Shown: positions 19,853 through 30,571, counted from the stretch's first letter. The stretch is DNA of 64,000 nt from a virus (IMGVR_UViG_3300007960_010163:1-64000), one strand, 5' to 3'. The notes: generated from the sequence alone by a model not told the origin. Numbers and translations are program-made.

Positions 19853-20564
19853 TAAAATAACCTTTACCTACTGATCGACTTTCATTTCTATTAACTTTTT
19901 CGTGATCCAGATGATAACCTTTGCAGTTAACATTAATTATGATTTCGTTGCCAGCCATCTTTGCTCGCTTTGCGAAATCAAAATCTTCACCACCCCAACC
20001 TTTGAATCCTTCATCTAAACCTTCGATCTCATTAAATACACGAGCAGGACACGACCAATTTCCTCCGTACATATACCGAGGGGGTATTGGTTTTTCATGG
20101 ATTAAATAGGGGCGCTTAATTTTATCTATGAAATCTTGACGGCGATCACCATTTTTAAGCGAATCAATATAGTTGAAATCATTATGTATTTTTTCAACAG
20201 TAACTTTTGGAACATCATTAATTGGTATGGATAAACAAAGACCTGCAATTAATTTATCGCCATACTTCAAATGCTCAGATACAAAATCTGGACTCCAAAT
20301 AACATCAGAGTTGCCAAAGATAAAGCGATCACCAGAAGCTAAGTCAGCGCCTCGATTCCAAATATACGCAAGTCTATAACCTTCATTTGGGCGGCTAAAA
20401 TATTTTATACCTTCTTTTTCTAAGTATTCTATTGTCCCGTCTGTTGAACCATCATCTGCTATAATGAGCTCAAAATCTTTTTCCGTTTGAATCTTTAATG
20501 TTTCAACACTTAATTTTAAAGCTGGCAAATTATTATAAGCCGATAATATTACTGAAGCTTTCAT
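19833..20564 (-). CDS. GT2 glycosyltransferase with GT7-like C-terminus
   Basis: SVILSAYN, ADDGSTDGT, WNRGA, GLDEGFKGWGGEDFDF. Confidence 0.88.
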   Translation of the reverse strand: MKASVILSAYNNLPALKLSVETLKIQTEKDFELIIADDGSTDGTIEYLEKEGIKYFSRPNEGYRLAYIWNRGADLASGDRFIFGNSDVIWSPDFVSEHLKYGDKLIAGLCLSIPINDVPKVTVEKIHNDFNYIDSLKNGDRRQDFIDKIKRPYLIHEKPIPPRYMYGGNWSCPARVFNEIEGLDEGFKGWGGEDFDFAKRAKMAGNEIIINVNCKGYHLDHEKVNRNESRSVGKGYFNEKWNT

Positions 20565-21370
20565 ATTTGATGAATTTTTTCTTCTGGGAATTGAAGATGA
20601 CAAACACCAGAAATCATCATATTTTTATGAGCTGGATCAAGTATTCGCCTTCCTCTTACGAATTTACACAATTTAATATGATATTCCTGATTTAATAAAT
20701 AATGTTTTTTGAGATCGTTTCTTTCAACGCATTGTTTTAAAAAGTTTTCGCAAGACCATCCATCAATATAATCCCATGTACAATTATTGTAATCTTTGAT
20801 TGTCTTTATATATTCATAGGTTTCATTTATATAATCTTCATTGTATAAATAATCAATCTTGTCGGCACGAATAAAATAAAAATTTGTTTGAGGGTAAAAG
20901 TGATTATTATAATGTCTGGTATAATTGAAGTTATAAGCTTTTAGATCTTCAACCTTAAATCCATTTAAGTAAATAAAATCTACATCAGGTACATTGATAT
21001 TAAGTATTGAATCATTAAATATAACATCATTTGAACTTTTTAACGCCCATTTTCCACCTTTTGATTTGCATAAATTAATTAATGCGTTTTCGCTATCAGC
21101 GATTCCAAAACCATGCCCGCGATTTTTTTCTATATCAATGACATGACAATCCGGAAAGTATTTCTTCCATAAAGAATGATTTTTCTGAACTAAAGAATCG
21201 GATAAATGGGAATAAGTTGTAGCTACTGCAATATGTTTAAATTGCTTTAAGATAGGTAAGTTATACTTAATATATTTTTGCTCAAGTAAATCTATAGAAG
21301 AAGTTGAATCTATATAACCATTGGATAAAAACCAACTTTCATTAATTATTTCTTTTAAATTCACTTCCAA
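20561..21370 (-). CDS. Hypothetical protein, probable GT-A fold
   Basis: NRGHGFG, KSSNDV, YPQTNFYFI; coupled within the glycan operon. Confidence 0.5.
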   Translation of the reverse strand: MEVNLKEIINESWFLSNGYIDSTSSIDLLEQKYIKYNLPILKQFKHIAVATTYSHLSDSLVQKNHSLWKKYFPDCHVIDIEKNRGHGFGIADSENALINLCKSKGGKWALKSSNDVIFNDSILNINVPDVDFIYLNGFKVEDLKAYNFNYTRHYNNHFYPQTNFYFIRADKIDYLYNEDYINETYEYIKTIKDYNNCTWDYIDGWSCENFLKQCVERNDLKKHYLLNQEYHIKLCKFVRGRRILDPAHKNMMISGVCHLQFPEEKIHQI

Positions 21371-22350
21371 AAATCATATATACCCTTATCGATCTCGTAC
21401 TTTTCCCATTTAAAAATCTCACGGACTGGTTGTGTTTGAGCCCATTTCCACATTTTTGCTAAACCATCTTGCAGAGAAACGGTATGCTTGAAGCCTAAAA
21501 TATCAACAGATTTTTTATAAGTAGGAATGGAATGCTTAACTTCGTGACGAGCCTCTTTATATATAGACTCTCCATCCTCGATGATTTTAAGTAAAATTTT
21601 ATTAGCTTCATTAATAGAATGCTCTTCGACCCCACCAAGATTTATAATTTCTTTTGAAGATTCTTTTTTGATTGCAGCATTATATAGTGGCTGTAAAATA
21701 TCATCAACGCAACTAAATGCCCGCGTTTGCTCGCCATCTCCAAAAATAGACATTGGTAAACCTTGCATATACTGAAACATCCAGATGCCTAAAACGTTTC
21801 TATATCTATCCCAAATATTTTGCTTTGCGCCATATACATTATGGGGCCTGATAATACACCAATCTAATCCATGTTGCTCACCAGCAATTTGAATATCCAT
21901 TTCGCAAGCATATTTTGCAACTCCATATGGATCAATTGGAGCTGGAGTCTGCTCTTCTTTAAAGATTCCTCCATCTCCATGACCATAAACAGCCAAAGAA
22001 GAAGTAAAAACCAATCTGCTAACATTATGAGTAATGCATGCATTAATAATAGCGGCAGTCGAAACAGTATTATTTAGGTAGTTAAATTTTCTAATAAAGG
22101 GACTTAATCCTTCTGCTGCATAAGCCGCCAAATGAAAAACATAGTCTATTTGATGCGTTTTGAAAATTTCATCTATATCATCCTTATGCAAATTAGCTTG
22201 ATAAAAAATCACTCTTTGATCTACATTCTCTATATAACCGCCGCTAAGATCGTCAATCCCGATAACGTTCACATTTGAAATGTTTTCTAAAAGCCAATCG
22301 GCTAGCCTACTTCCAATGAGGCCCGCAACACCAGTAATTAGTATGTTCAT
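21361..22350 (-). CDS. NAD-dependent nucleotide-sugar epimerase/dehydratase
   Basis: GVAGLIG, HLAAYAAE, YGVAK, RPHNVYG, GDGEQTRAF. Confidence 0.9.
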   Translation of the reverse strand: MNILITGVAGLIGSRLADWLLENISNVNVIGIDDLSGGYIENVDQRVIFYQANLHKDDIDEIFKTHQIDYVFHLAAYAAEGLSPFIRKFNYLNNTVSTAAIINACITHNVSRLVFTSSLAVYGHGDGGIFKEEQTPAPIDPYGVAKYACEMDIQIAGEQHGLDWCIIRPHNVYGAKQNIWDRYRNVLGIWMFQYMQGLPMSIFGDGEQTRAFSCVDDILQPLYNAAIKKESSKEIINLGGVEEHSINEANKILLKIIEDGESIYKEARHEVKHSIPTYKKSVDILGFKHTVSLQDGLAKMWKWAQTQPVREIFKWEKYEIDKGIYDFWK

Positions 22351-22368
22351 ATCTTGATATACACTTTA

Positions 22369-22953
22369 TTATTTAAATTCATATCCGAAATGCTCAATGT
22401 CCTTCGCGTATTTTTCTGCAACGACACCACGCATTTCATCATCATAATATTCAGTATAGTATTTATGTTTCGACTTATTGTTCCAACGAAGTTTGCGAAT
22501 CGGTATGCCCATCTTGTTACATATAAAATCCCAATCCTTTTGAATTGTTTCAAACCTGCCTATAAAGTGAGGTATTAAGCCTCCATCGTAATCACATATC
22601 CACTCGTGTTGAGGTCTAAAATGAATTTGATCAAAAAGAGAGTCGTCCCAATTTAACACAAGGTCTCTAAAACTTTTATATTTAGATAAATATTTTTTAA
22701 AGTCTAAAGCGTCATTTTTGCAATTCCCGCCCTGTTTTAAATAGTGGAAACTGGAAACTAAGCGATCCCAAGGATTCCGCACAAAAGTAAATATAAAATC
22801 ATAATCATGATAATTAATATCTTTTAAGAATTTAAACTCTTTTAAGTTAGTATCGTGACCCTGATAAAAATAAGGGCATGGATTAGGATTAAGGGAGTTA
22901 CCTGCGCATTTCGGTATATGAGCGAAAAGCCACTTTTTTGATTCACATTCCAT
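22369..22953 (-). CDS. Sulfotransferase (Sulfotransfer_2 family)
   Basis: FAHIPKCAGNS, FVRNPWDRLVS, HFRPQ. Confidence 0.85.
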   Translation of the reverse strand: MECESKKWLFAHIPKCAGNSLNPNPCPYFYQGHDTNLKEFKFLKDINYHDYDFIFTFVRNPWDRLVSSFHYLKQGGNCKNDALDFKKYLSKYKSFRDLVLNWDDSLFDQIHFRPQHEWICDYDGGLIPHFIGRFETIQKDWDFICNKMGIPIRKLRWNNKSKHKYYTEYYDDEMRGVVAEKYAKDIEHFGYEFK

Positions 22954-22962
22954 AGCTCATGA

Positions 22963-23502
22963 TTATATGAATATTGTAAATTGCATATCAACAATTTCAA
23001 TCTCAAGGTTATGGCGTCTTACGAACTCGTCTACCGCAGGTTTAGGGCCTCCTCCACCATCACTTCCCGCTCCAGATTTTGGATTGTTTGCCCAAAGACC
23101 ATAGTCATCACCGCATAAATACCCACCCTGCTTTATTAAAGGATAATAAAATTCTAAATCTTTTTTTACTCCATCATAACTATGATCCCCGTCAATATAG
23201 ACCCAGTTAAAATATTTTTCAGGAAAGGAAACCTGAGTTGAAAATACTCGGTGAATCTCCACATTGTTTAATTTTCTAAACTTGTTTGATACAGTTTGAT
23301 AAACTTTATTCATGATTTCTTGATTGGCTGAGTAGCATCTTTCAATTACGTCTTGCGTTTTCCACGGGTCAATCAAGTGTAGCATAGAAGGTTTGCGTTT
23401 TAATATTTGAACAGAAAGGTCGCCTTCCCATACGCCTACCTCTGCGCAGACATATCCTTCTTTAATATATTTTAATGTATAATGGTTATCTTGATTTTTC
23501 AT
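22963..23502 (-). CDS. Class I SAM-dependent methyltransferase (paralogue of 13787-14350)
   Basis: AEVGVWEG, LIDPW, YIDGDHSYDGVKKDL, GGYLCGDDY. Confidence 0.85.
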   Translation of the reverse strand: MKNQDNHYTLKYIKEGYVCAEVGVWEGDLSVQILKRKPSMLHLIDPWKTQDVIERCYSANQEIMNKVYQTVSNKFRKLNNVEIHRVFSTQVSFPEKYFNWVYIDGDHSYDGVKKDLEFYYPLIKQGGYLCGDDYGLWANNPKSGAGSDGGGGPKPAVDEFVRRHNLEIEIVDMQFTIFI

Positions 23503-23505
23503 ATA

Positions 23506-24069
23506 CTATCCTCGAAATTTGTAACCAAAATGCTCAATGTCTTTTGCGTATTGTTCTCCAACGATTTGTCTCGTTTCGCCATCATAATATGCTGTATAGT
23601 GTTCGTGGCCATTTCTGTTTTTATGAGGTAACTTCACTTTAGGGATCTTAAGTTTATCAAAAACTTTATCCATACCATCGGGATCTTCTAGTTTAAAAAC
23701 ATAATCCATTAACAAATTGCCATCTTCATCAGCAAGCCAATTAAATTGAGGGGATGCTGGATAATGCCTGACGAAATCTTTAAATTCAGTATGGTTATGT
23801 TGGCCTTTTTTAAGCCTATATGCCCATGATGAAACCCGTCTTTCCCAAGGGTTTCGTACTACAGAAAATTTATAATAACCATTCCAGTCCCAGTCTTGAG
23901 ATTTGAAATGAGATTTTAGATTAAGTGCTGTTGTGTGATGTTTATATGGTGAATTTCTATCATTAACGCTTACTATATCGCTATATGGATCAATAACAGA
24001 TCTGACTGATGTACTGCCAGTTTTCGGAACAGCGATAAAAACAAATTTATGTTTGTGAGATATTCTCAT
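23506..24069 (-). CDS. Sulfotransferase (Sulfotransfer_2 family)
   Basis: FIAVPKTGSTS, VVRNPWERRVS. Confidence 0.85.
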   Translation of the reverse strand: MRISHKHKFVFIAVPKTGSTSVRSVIDPYSDIVSVNDRNSPYKHHTTALNLKSHFKSQDWDWNGYYKFSVVRNPWERRVSSWAYRLKKGQHNHTEFKDFVRHYPASPQFNWLADEDGNLLMDYVFKLEDPDGMDKVFDKLKIPKVKLPHKNRNGHEHYTAYYDGETRQIVGEQYAKDIEHFGYKFRG

Positions 24070-24733
24070 AACTTATAGATGAATCTTGTTTTGACTTATT
24101 CCATTTTTTTACATTGTTTTTCTCGTTCCATTCTCTACCAATATGATTAAATACTCCATTAAAATGAACACGTTTAACATTTTTAAAATGATCTTTATCT
24201 TCTTTTTTTCTGTTGCGATGATAGTCAATTAAAAGCTGTTCAGGGTCCTGTTTTTTACCATCATTTAAAATATATGGTTCGTAAACATGCTCAGAAAAAA
24301 ACTGCTTAGCCCACATAGACGGATGGAATGAGAATTCAAAAAGATGATTTGGATGAAAGCCAATATAATCATAATCGCTGTCTATTAGCTCTTTTATGTC
24401 ATAACTAATATCGTGCTTCTTATCATCTTCAAGCCAAAAAACATATCCTTGGTCGCTAAGTTCATTAATGCTATTTTGGCATGAATTAATACAATTACTG
24501 GCGGCAGTGAAAAAACAAGGGTCAGAAGCGCAAGTTATCGTATGATTAATATCTTTTAGGATGTATGAAAAATTTTTATGAGTTTCAGATTGATCTCCAA
24601 GTGCAGGATCTATATTAACAAACCAATGGCATTTAATTTTTTGCTCCCTTAAATCGTTAGCAAAAGACATGAGGCATTCGGTGTGCAATTCGGGGCGGCA
24701 AATTGCTGTAGTTATTATATATAAATCATTCAC
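24047..24733 (-). CDS. Hypothetical protein, probable GT-A fold
   Basis: ITTAICRP, WFVNID, FWLEDD, HIGREW. Confidence 0.55.
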   Translation of the reverse strand: MNDLYIITTAICRPELHTECLMSFANDLREQKIKCHWFVNIDPALGDQSETHKNFSYILKDINHTITCASDPCFFTAASNCINSCQNSINELSDQGYVFWLEDDKKHDISYDIKELIDSDYDYIGFHPNHLFEFSFHPSMWAKQFFSEHVYEPYILNDGKKQDPEQLLIDYHRNRKKEDKDHFKNVKRVHFNGVFNHIGREWNEKNNVKKWNKSKQDSSISYENISQT

Positions 24734-24736
24734 TTT

Positions 24737-25687
24737 TTACATAATCATTACCATTTGAGAATCAATTATGGTTTCATACCATTTTTTATTTACAGCCTCT
24801 ACAGAAAAATGCTCTAAGCTAAAATTGAAAGCGTTATCTATGATAGTTTGACACTCTTTTGGGTGATCATTTGCCCATTCAATTTTTTCAATCAAGTCAG
24901 AAAGATCTTTTTTAATAGGAATATAATGAACCATAGGTATAAGGTATTCTTCATAGTAAGCTTTGTGAAATCTTTCTTGTAAAAAAGTCAACCTATTGGA
25001 TTGAAGAAAATATTTTACCCGAGGGCTCCATCCTGAAGCCTGTAAATCAATAAAGTACTTAAAATTGACAACAGCATCCTCTAGGGATACAAAATTAGGA
25101 TCATTAGGATTTGGCTTTGCAAATTTAGCGTCAATCAAATCAGGGCGAGACAAAGAAAGATCAACTAGTGGGCCTCTTAATTTGGGGTATTTAGTTCCCC
25201 TCCAAAACATTTTTGAAGATTTTGGGGGTAGTTTTCCTGCTGAGCGAATTTTTGGAAAATACTTATCGTATTTCATAGCGCACCAGTTCCAGAATGTGAA
25301 ATCAGGACAACAAATAAAATCAGGATGCCTCTTTAATTTAGGAGGGCATTCTGGCTCGTCTTTGTCAATATATGATTGAAATAAAATAGGCTCTTTTGAT
25401 TCATTTATTATACTGTCTAAAGGGGGGACATCAATAAAATAGATCTTTATAGCTTTAAAATTTGGTAGAGATAAGGAATTGTCGGCTCTTTCAATCTGTT
25501 TGATAAAACTTATTGCTTTTGAGTTTTTAGATTCAAACTTCCAAGGGGAGTGATCATAATAATGAAAAGCAATCTTTCCCGAAACCTTTTCAATCACAAC
25601 ACGACCAAATCTAAAACGATCCTCCTCGAAAGGAAGATCGTAAAGATGAGGGTTCCCAATAATTCTAGTTGGTTTAAGATTATCCAC
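24737..25687 (-). CDS. GT90 (CAP10/POGLUT)-like glycosyltransferase
   Basis: CPDFTFWNW, FWRG, KYFIDLQASGWSPRVKY, PMVHYIPIKKDLSDLIEKIEWA. Confidence 0.85.
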   Translation of the reverse strand: MDNLKPTRIIGNPHLYDLPFEEDRFRFGRVVIEKVSGKIAFHYYDHSPWKFESKNSKAISFIKQIERADNSLSLPNFKAIKIYFIDVPPLDSIINESKEPILFQSYIDKDEPECPPKLKRHPDFICCPDFTFWNWCAMKYDKYFPKIRSAGKLPPKSSKMFWRGTKYPKLRGPLVDLSLSRPDLIDAKFAKPNPNDPNFVSLEDAVVNFKYFIDLQASGWSPRVKYFLQSNRLTFLQERFHKAYYEEYLIPMVHYIPIKKDLSDLIEKIEWANDHPKECQTIIDNAFNFSLEHFSVEAVNKKWYETIIDSQMVMIM

Positions 25688-27401
25688 TTTTACGTTTTAA
25701 GTTATTATATTGATTGTCATAAAATTGACTAATGCTTTCATCCAAATCTGGAGCTCTAGCCAAAGGGTTTTTTGCCAATGTGATTTCGCGTATCAAAAGC
25801 TCAGAAATATGAAGAGCTAACAAGAAAGGCCATCTCTCACTAGAAAAGTTTTTAAATTTTGGATTGCCACTATTAATTAACACAGTAAAATCTGAAACGT
25901 CATCGACTCTTGACATAACATTTTTTTGATCTTCTCCAAAATCAATAATTCTATACCTGATTCTTTTGGACTTATCTTTCTTTTTATTAGCAAAACGACG
26001 CCAAGGGTTATTACGTGGAGGAGGGGGCGGAGGAGGGTCTTTTTGATCCTCTTCAGGACTTGGGTCAAAATCATCTTTCCTAAGCATAGCAAAGACAGCC
26101 TTTCCTCTCAAGTCTTCTTTTTCGAGGTCAGGTTTATCTTCATCATCTTCATCATTTTCAGACCCATCCTCATCATCCCACAAATCAGAGAAATCGTCTT
26201 CATTAAAATACTCGGCGAGCATTTTAGAAACCTCAGAAGCTAATGCATCAAGAATATCCATCTTCTCTTCTTCGTTTAATTTAATATACTCTATAATCCA
26301 TTCAAGGATTACCTCGTAGCAAGCTTTTAAAAATGGAAGAGTGATAGGATGATCATCTCTTAAACCGTGATGAGATAAATCTTTCGCAGGCATTCCTGTA
26401 TTATCAAGAACTTCAGAAAGGTCGTTACAGGAAATGAATCCAATTAGCTTATTAAAAATATCATGTACTTTACCTTCGTTTTCAAGAGCTTCATCACCTT
26501 TAGAGTCAAGCCAAGTTAACACGCTTTTGACCAGATCAGGATCAGAAAGATGAAGTGGGCAAATTTTAACTTTAGATACGATATCTATATTTTTAAGAGG
26601 ATGGTTTTTGATTACAGACCTGTCATAAACCAGAGAAAGTCTAAATTCTACATTTGATTCGCGTTCTTCTCCGTAATAATCGTATTTAAATTTTCGATTA
26701 ATGATTGGTATGTTAGAGCCCGGAAGCTTATATGAAAAATCCAAGCTTTCGCCGTTAACAAGTAATTTAAATTGCTTGCCTTCTTTTTCTAATTGAGGCA
26801 CAAGAAACCCAAAAAAAGTAGAAAGCTCAGAATCAATAGCTTTTTTATTCCATCCAGTTGACTCTATATGGCTTTTTGTGGAATGTATAATTACTTTTGT
26901 TCCTGAAGGAGTTTTAATAGAGCAATCTTCAGCATTTATCTCTTTTAAGGAAGGAGAGTACTCATTTAAAAACTCAGAATCAGATGGGCAATATTCGACA
27001 ATAAAGCAACGTCCGTGTTTATTTTTAGTTTCAATAGACCAATGTATATTGGTTTCATTAGAAAGTTTATCATTAGCTAGTTTTCCGCCTATACCCATCT
27101 GTCCTAGCCTTACGCCTTGGCCTTCAGTTAAGTCATAAGAATTGCCAAAAACAAAATACTTATCAAACGCATTCATGCCGCTCTCTGGATCTTTTTCGTG
27201 ATCAAAACCCTGACCGTCATCAGTAATTATAGCAGAGCAAGTGCTATCACCAAAAGATTCATGCTTTAACTCAATAGAACAAAAAGTCGCAAAATTTTGA
27301 ATAGAATTTTTTACCAGCTCAGTAAATGCCTGAGGGATATTAACGGTAGATTGAAGAAGCCGACTAAGGTTTGCTCCTGTTTTGATTTGTATATTGTCCA
27401 T
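25680..27401 (-). CDS. GHKL (Hsp90/MORC-type) ATPase
   Basis: ELVKNS (N-box), DDGQG (G1), GQMGIGG (G2), SGTKV (G3); acidic tract and polyproline near C-terminus. Confidence 0.8.
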   Translation of the reverse strand: MDNIQIKTGANLSRLLQSTVNIPQAFTELVKNSIQNFATFCSIELKHESFGDSTCSAIITDDGQGFDHEKDPESGMNAFDKYFVFGNSYDLTEGQGVRLGQMGIGGKLANDKLSNETNIHWSIETKNKHGRCFIVEYCPSDSEFLNEYSPSLKEINAEDCSIKTPSGTKVIIHSTKSHIESTGWNKKAIDSELSTFFGFLVPQLEKEGKQFKLLVNGESLDFSYKLPGSNIPIINRKFKYDYYGEERESNVEFRLSLVYDRSVIKNHPLKNIDIVSKVKICPLHLSDPDLVKSVLTWLDSKGDEALENEGKVHDIFNKLIGFISCNDLSEVLDNTGMPAKDLSHHGLRDDHPITLPFLKACYEVILEWIIEYIKLNEEEKMDILDALASEVSKMLAEYFNEDDFSDLWDDEDGSENDEDDEDKPDLEKEDLRGKAVFAMLRKDDFDPSPEEDQKDPPPPPPPRNNPWRRFANKKKDKSKRIRYRIIDFGEDQKNVMSRVDDVSDFTVLINSGNPKFKNFSSERWPFLLALHISELLIREITLAKNPLARAPDLDESISQFYDNQYNNLKRKSG

Positions 27402-27406
27402 GATAA

Positions 27407-27904
27407 TTATATTACACTATATAATAGCTCTGTCCTGTTCTGTTTTACTAGATTCGCTTTATCTTTCATGAATCCTTTTATGTTTCTACGATTCCGCTTA
27501 AAGTCTTTTTCTTTTAATGGATTAATCGCTATGCAAAAATGTTTTATTTTATGTTTAGAGCAGTCAATCTTCTGGAGAAATTCAAAGGCATGATCAGGAT
27601 CTATTATAGATAAAAAATCAATTTCTTTATGAATATGCATAAGTGAGCATAAGGGATTTTGTAGAGACCTAATTACTTTATGACCTAAATATTTTTCACC
27701 GACAAAAACATTAGAATCCCTTTCCGGATTCCGGAACGGGCTGATTTCGACACATTTTAAATTCTTCTGAAATTTTGTTTGTCGCAAAAACCAACGATCA
27801 CTCAGCCATTTACTGGGCGAATTGACAACCTCGCCACTTGGAAGCTTTATTAAGTTAATAACCTGTTTGCTTGGGTTGTCGATACGTGAAATTAAACTTT
27901 CCAT
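27407..27904 (-). CDS. Hypothetical basic protein
   Basis: 165-aa ORF coupled to upstream gene; no motif recognised. Confidence 0.6.
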   Translation of the reverse strand: MESLISRIDNPSKQVINLIKLPSGEVVNSPSKWLSDRWFLRQTKFQKNLKCVEISPFRNPERDSNVFVGEKYLGHKVIRSLQNPLCSLMHIHKEIDFLSIIDPDHAFEFLQKIDCSKHKIKHFCIAINPLKEKDFKRNRRNIKGFMKDKANLVKQNRTELLYSVI

Positions 27905-28638
27905 TTTTTCCTATCAATAAATGACTGTTTTTTATGTTCAGCTTCTTTTCTTGTATTAGGGTGCCAAACATATGTTTCGTCTTCAATTGGGCCGCGCTTA
28001 ACCAGAGGCTTGCTTAAAGCTAGTAAAGACAACTCGTTATAATTATAGTCCTGATCTGCAGTATTATCAATAGTTAATTCGTCTCCAAAATCATGGAGTT
28101 TAGAGGAAGGTCGATTGTTTAGCAAAAATTTATTGAAATTTTTCTGATCAGACCCTTTAATTTCACGTGTGTTTAAAAAACGATCCAAGTAATCAATTGT
28201 TTTATAATTGCTACGAAAAAATATCCAACCCATGCAGCATGTGAATCCGAAAGCTTCGCGAACTTCTGGCGGAAATGCTCCACTGTGACGGACAGTCGAT
28301 ACAATAATATCGTGATTATTAGATTCGATTAAATCGGGTATTGGATTCTTGAGCCAAAGAGCGTCAGTATCAGAATGAATAATATCATAACCCTCCTCAA
28401 GATACTTCTTGAAAATCAATGTTCTGCGCATTGTATGTTTGCACCCAGAGATCCAATCGTCGTTGAATTCATCTAAGACTCTAGAGTGACAGCCATGAGA
28501 TTTTAAATACTCATCAGATTCAGGGTCTAAGCACAAAACCTCATAGTTATCTATAGATAACTCTTCTAAATGCTTGACCCAGTTCAGGGCAACTTCTCTA
28601 TAAGGATAGTTGCAAAATGATATAATTTTAAGATTCAT
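27892..28638 (-). CDS. Nucleotide-diphospho-sugar transferase (GT77-like)
   Basis: NWVKHL, IIHSDTDALWLKNP, GWIFFRSN, SDQKNFN. Confidence 0.78.
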   Translation of the reverse strand: MNLKIISFCNYPYREVALNWVKHLEELSIDNYEVLCLDPESDEYLKSHGCHSRVLDEFNDDWISGCKHTMRRTLIFKKYLEEGYDIIHSDTDALWLKNPIPDLIESNNHDIIVSTVRHSGAFPPEVREAFGFTCCMGWIFFRSNYKTIDYLDRFLNTREIKGSDQKNFNKFLLNNRPSSKLHDFGDELTIDNTADQDYNYNELSLLALSKPLVKRGPIEDETYVWHPNTRKEAEHKKQSFIDRKKWKV

Positions 28639-29326
28639 TTAAAATAATTGGAGATTTTAATTTGCTATAATGAGTGGTATAGTATTTTTTATGAGAGCTT
28701 AAGTTTGGCAACGAAGATGGTTCTAGATCTCCTGCGTAATTTTTAGGTCTAAAAGTAAATTTATAATCGCCGCTTTCCATCATTGGATGGATTACGGATG
28801 TGTACATTAACGGGCCAGTCATTAAGGTTACAGCAAACTTTCCAATAGCTTTTTGCGATGCTGTATTTATATTATGAATACATTGTTTAATTACAGCTGA
28901 TAAAAAATCATGATTTGGTACGCATCCAATAAATAGATTTTGATATTCGCCATGACCAGTCTTTAATCTAGGCTCCCAGTATGCCTCAGGCCAAGAAGAA
29001 ACTAGATATTCATCATTATCAGAAACAATTTCTCGAATAGGCCTTTTGAATCCAGTCTTAAGATCAATATAAATTCCACCGAGTTTATAAAGTAAAAGGT
29101 ATCTAAAAAAGTCAGATCTTGCTGGGCCGTACTCTGGATTGATTTTATGGTAAGCCCGATTTACTTCTTCATCATAATTTGATGATATGAAATCTTCAAT
29201 ATCATTGTCATCATAAAGTATGTATTGATATTCTGGGTTGTTAGATTTTAATTTGTCAATTAAATTAATTAATTCATTTGGCAAATCCTTTTTAGGAAAT
29301 GTTTGATGTATGATTTTGGGAATCAC
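28628..29326 (-). CDS. GT32 (OCH1-like) glycosyltransferase
   Basis: IPKIIHQT, SDFFRYLLLYKLGGIYID, TGP. Confidence 0.88.
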   Translation of the reverse strand: MIPKIIHQTFPKKDLPNELINLIDKLKSNNPEYQYILYDDNDIEDFISSNYDEEVNRAYHKINPEYGPARSDFFRYLLLYKLGGIYIDLKTGFKRPIREIVSDNDEYLVSSWPEAYWEPRLKTGHGEYQNLFIGCVPNHDFLSAVIKQCIHNINTASQKAIGKFAVTLMTGPLMYTSVIHPMMESGDYKFTFRPKNYAGDLEPSSLPNLSSHKKYYTTHYSKLKSPIILNES

Positions 29327-29943
29327 TTTTTGATACTATTGTAAAAGTAATCATCTAAATTATCACACTTTAGTATATCACCTTCGTTTGTTTTTACCCA
29401 TTTTCTATAAAAAGCCTTAAAGTTAAGCTTTAGTTCAGGCCCAGACATTTCTCTTAATTGATTATCTATATTATCAACGACACCAGTATCTTTTATGATA
29501 GAGAGAAGCCTTTTTGCGCTTGAAAGAGACGTGATATAACCCTCTCCCCATTGAAAAAGCCTTACTATGTTGATATCATTATCAAGTAGACTCCACTTGT
29601 CCGACATTATGTCATTTAAGGAGTCGAAAAAGCCGGGGAGAAGCTTAGCATCATCCTCAAGAAAAAGAGCGTAAGGAATTTCATTATCTATTTGAAATTT
29701 TAAAAACTTAACCTTCGTTATCCAGCAAGCAAGTGTACCGTAGGTGTTGAAATCATTTTTAGGGCCAATCTTTAGTTTGTGAAACTGCACATCTAGATTA
29801 ATGAATTCATTGATGGTTTCATCTTTATCATAGCCATTAACCGATTTTACAATATTGACAAAAGGAAAAAGCTTAGTTGTTTTGTTGACATATACCAGCC
29901 TATCTTCAGTTAAGAGTGAAAGAATGTATGTCTTATATTTCAT
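29323..29943 (-). CDS. GT25-like glycosyltransferase
   Basis: VNG, GTLACW, LFLEDDA, GYITSLSSAKRLL, IDNQL. Confidence 0.72.
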   Translation of the reverse strand: MKYKTYILSLLTEDRLVYVNKTTKLFPFVNIVKSVNGYDKDETINEFINLDVQFHKLKIGPKNDFNTYGTLACWITKVKFLKFQIDNEIPYALFLEDDAKLLPGFFDSLNDIMSDKWSLLDNDINIVRLFQWGEGYITSLSSAKRLLSIIKDTGVVDNIDNQLREMSGPELKLNFKAFYRKWVKTNEGDILKCDNLDDYFYNSIKK

Positions 29944-30571
29944 AGCTAAAAAGATCGAAGTCTTTCTTGTAGTAATTATACACTTTTTCTTTTAGCTCAT
30001 CGGTCCATTTAAATGGCTGCTTGAATGTTTTCGAGTTATATGCATGGGGTAATTTTAATTCTGTTACGCCTATGTTAGAGCAAACCTCATTAAATCCTTC
30101 ATTAAGATTCTCAAACTTTCCTATAAAATCACAGGTAAATTCGGGGTTAATTTTATCTGAAAAATAATGACCACCATTTAAATGAGGAAAAAATTCAAAC
30201 TGAGGCAAAGTATGATATTCATCGTATTCGCTCCATAAGTTTTCATTGTCTTTGCGGTAATCAAGATCAGTAGTTAGTAATACATATTCTTCGAATGATA
30301 CCCCGCATTCTTTATTGTAAAAAGGAAGGTTGCCTTCTTTGGAAAATTTTAGCTCACCCCATTTCCATGCAGAAACAAAACGGTCATAAGGATTGCGAAC
30401 AAAAGAAAATACATAATAATCCAAATGGTCATTTAGAAAATGAGAAAAGCCACGTTTTCTTAAAATTTTCTGAGGTATTTCTGGATCTACTTGCCGCAAG
30501 AACCTTTCGACAGATGTGCCTGCCGCTTTGGGAATGTGCAAAAATATACATTTATTTTTATGAGAGATCAT
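29933..30571 (-). CDS. Sulfotransferase (Sulfotransfer_2 family)
   Basis: FLHIPKAAGTS, FVRNPYDRFVS. Confidence 0.85.
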   Translation of the reverse strand: MISHKNKCIFLHIPKAAGTSVERFLRQVDPEIPQKILRKRGFSHFLNDHLDYYVFSFVRNPYDRFVSAWKWGELKFSKEGNLPFYNKECGVSFEEYVLLTTDLDYRKDNENLWSEYDEYHTLPQFEFFPHLNGGHYFSDKINPEFTCDFIGKFENLNEGFNEVCSNIGVTELKLPHAYNSKTFKQPFKWTDELKEKVYNYYKKDFDLFSYEI

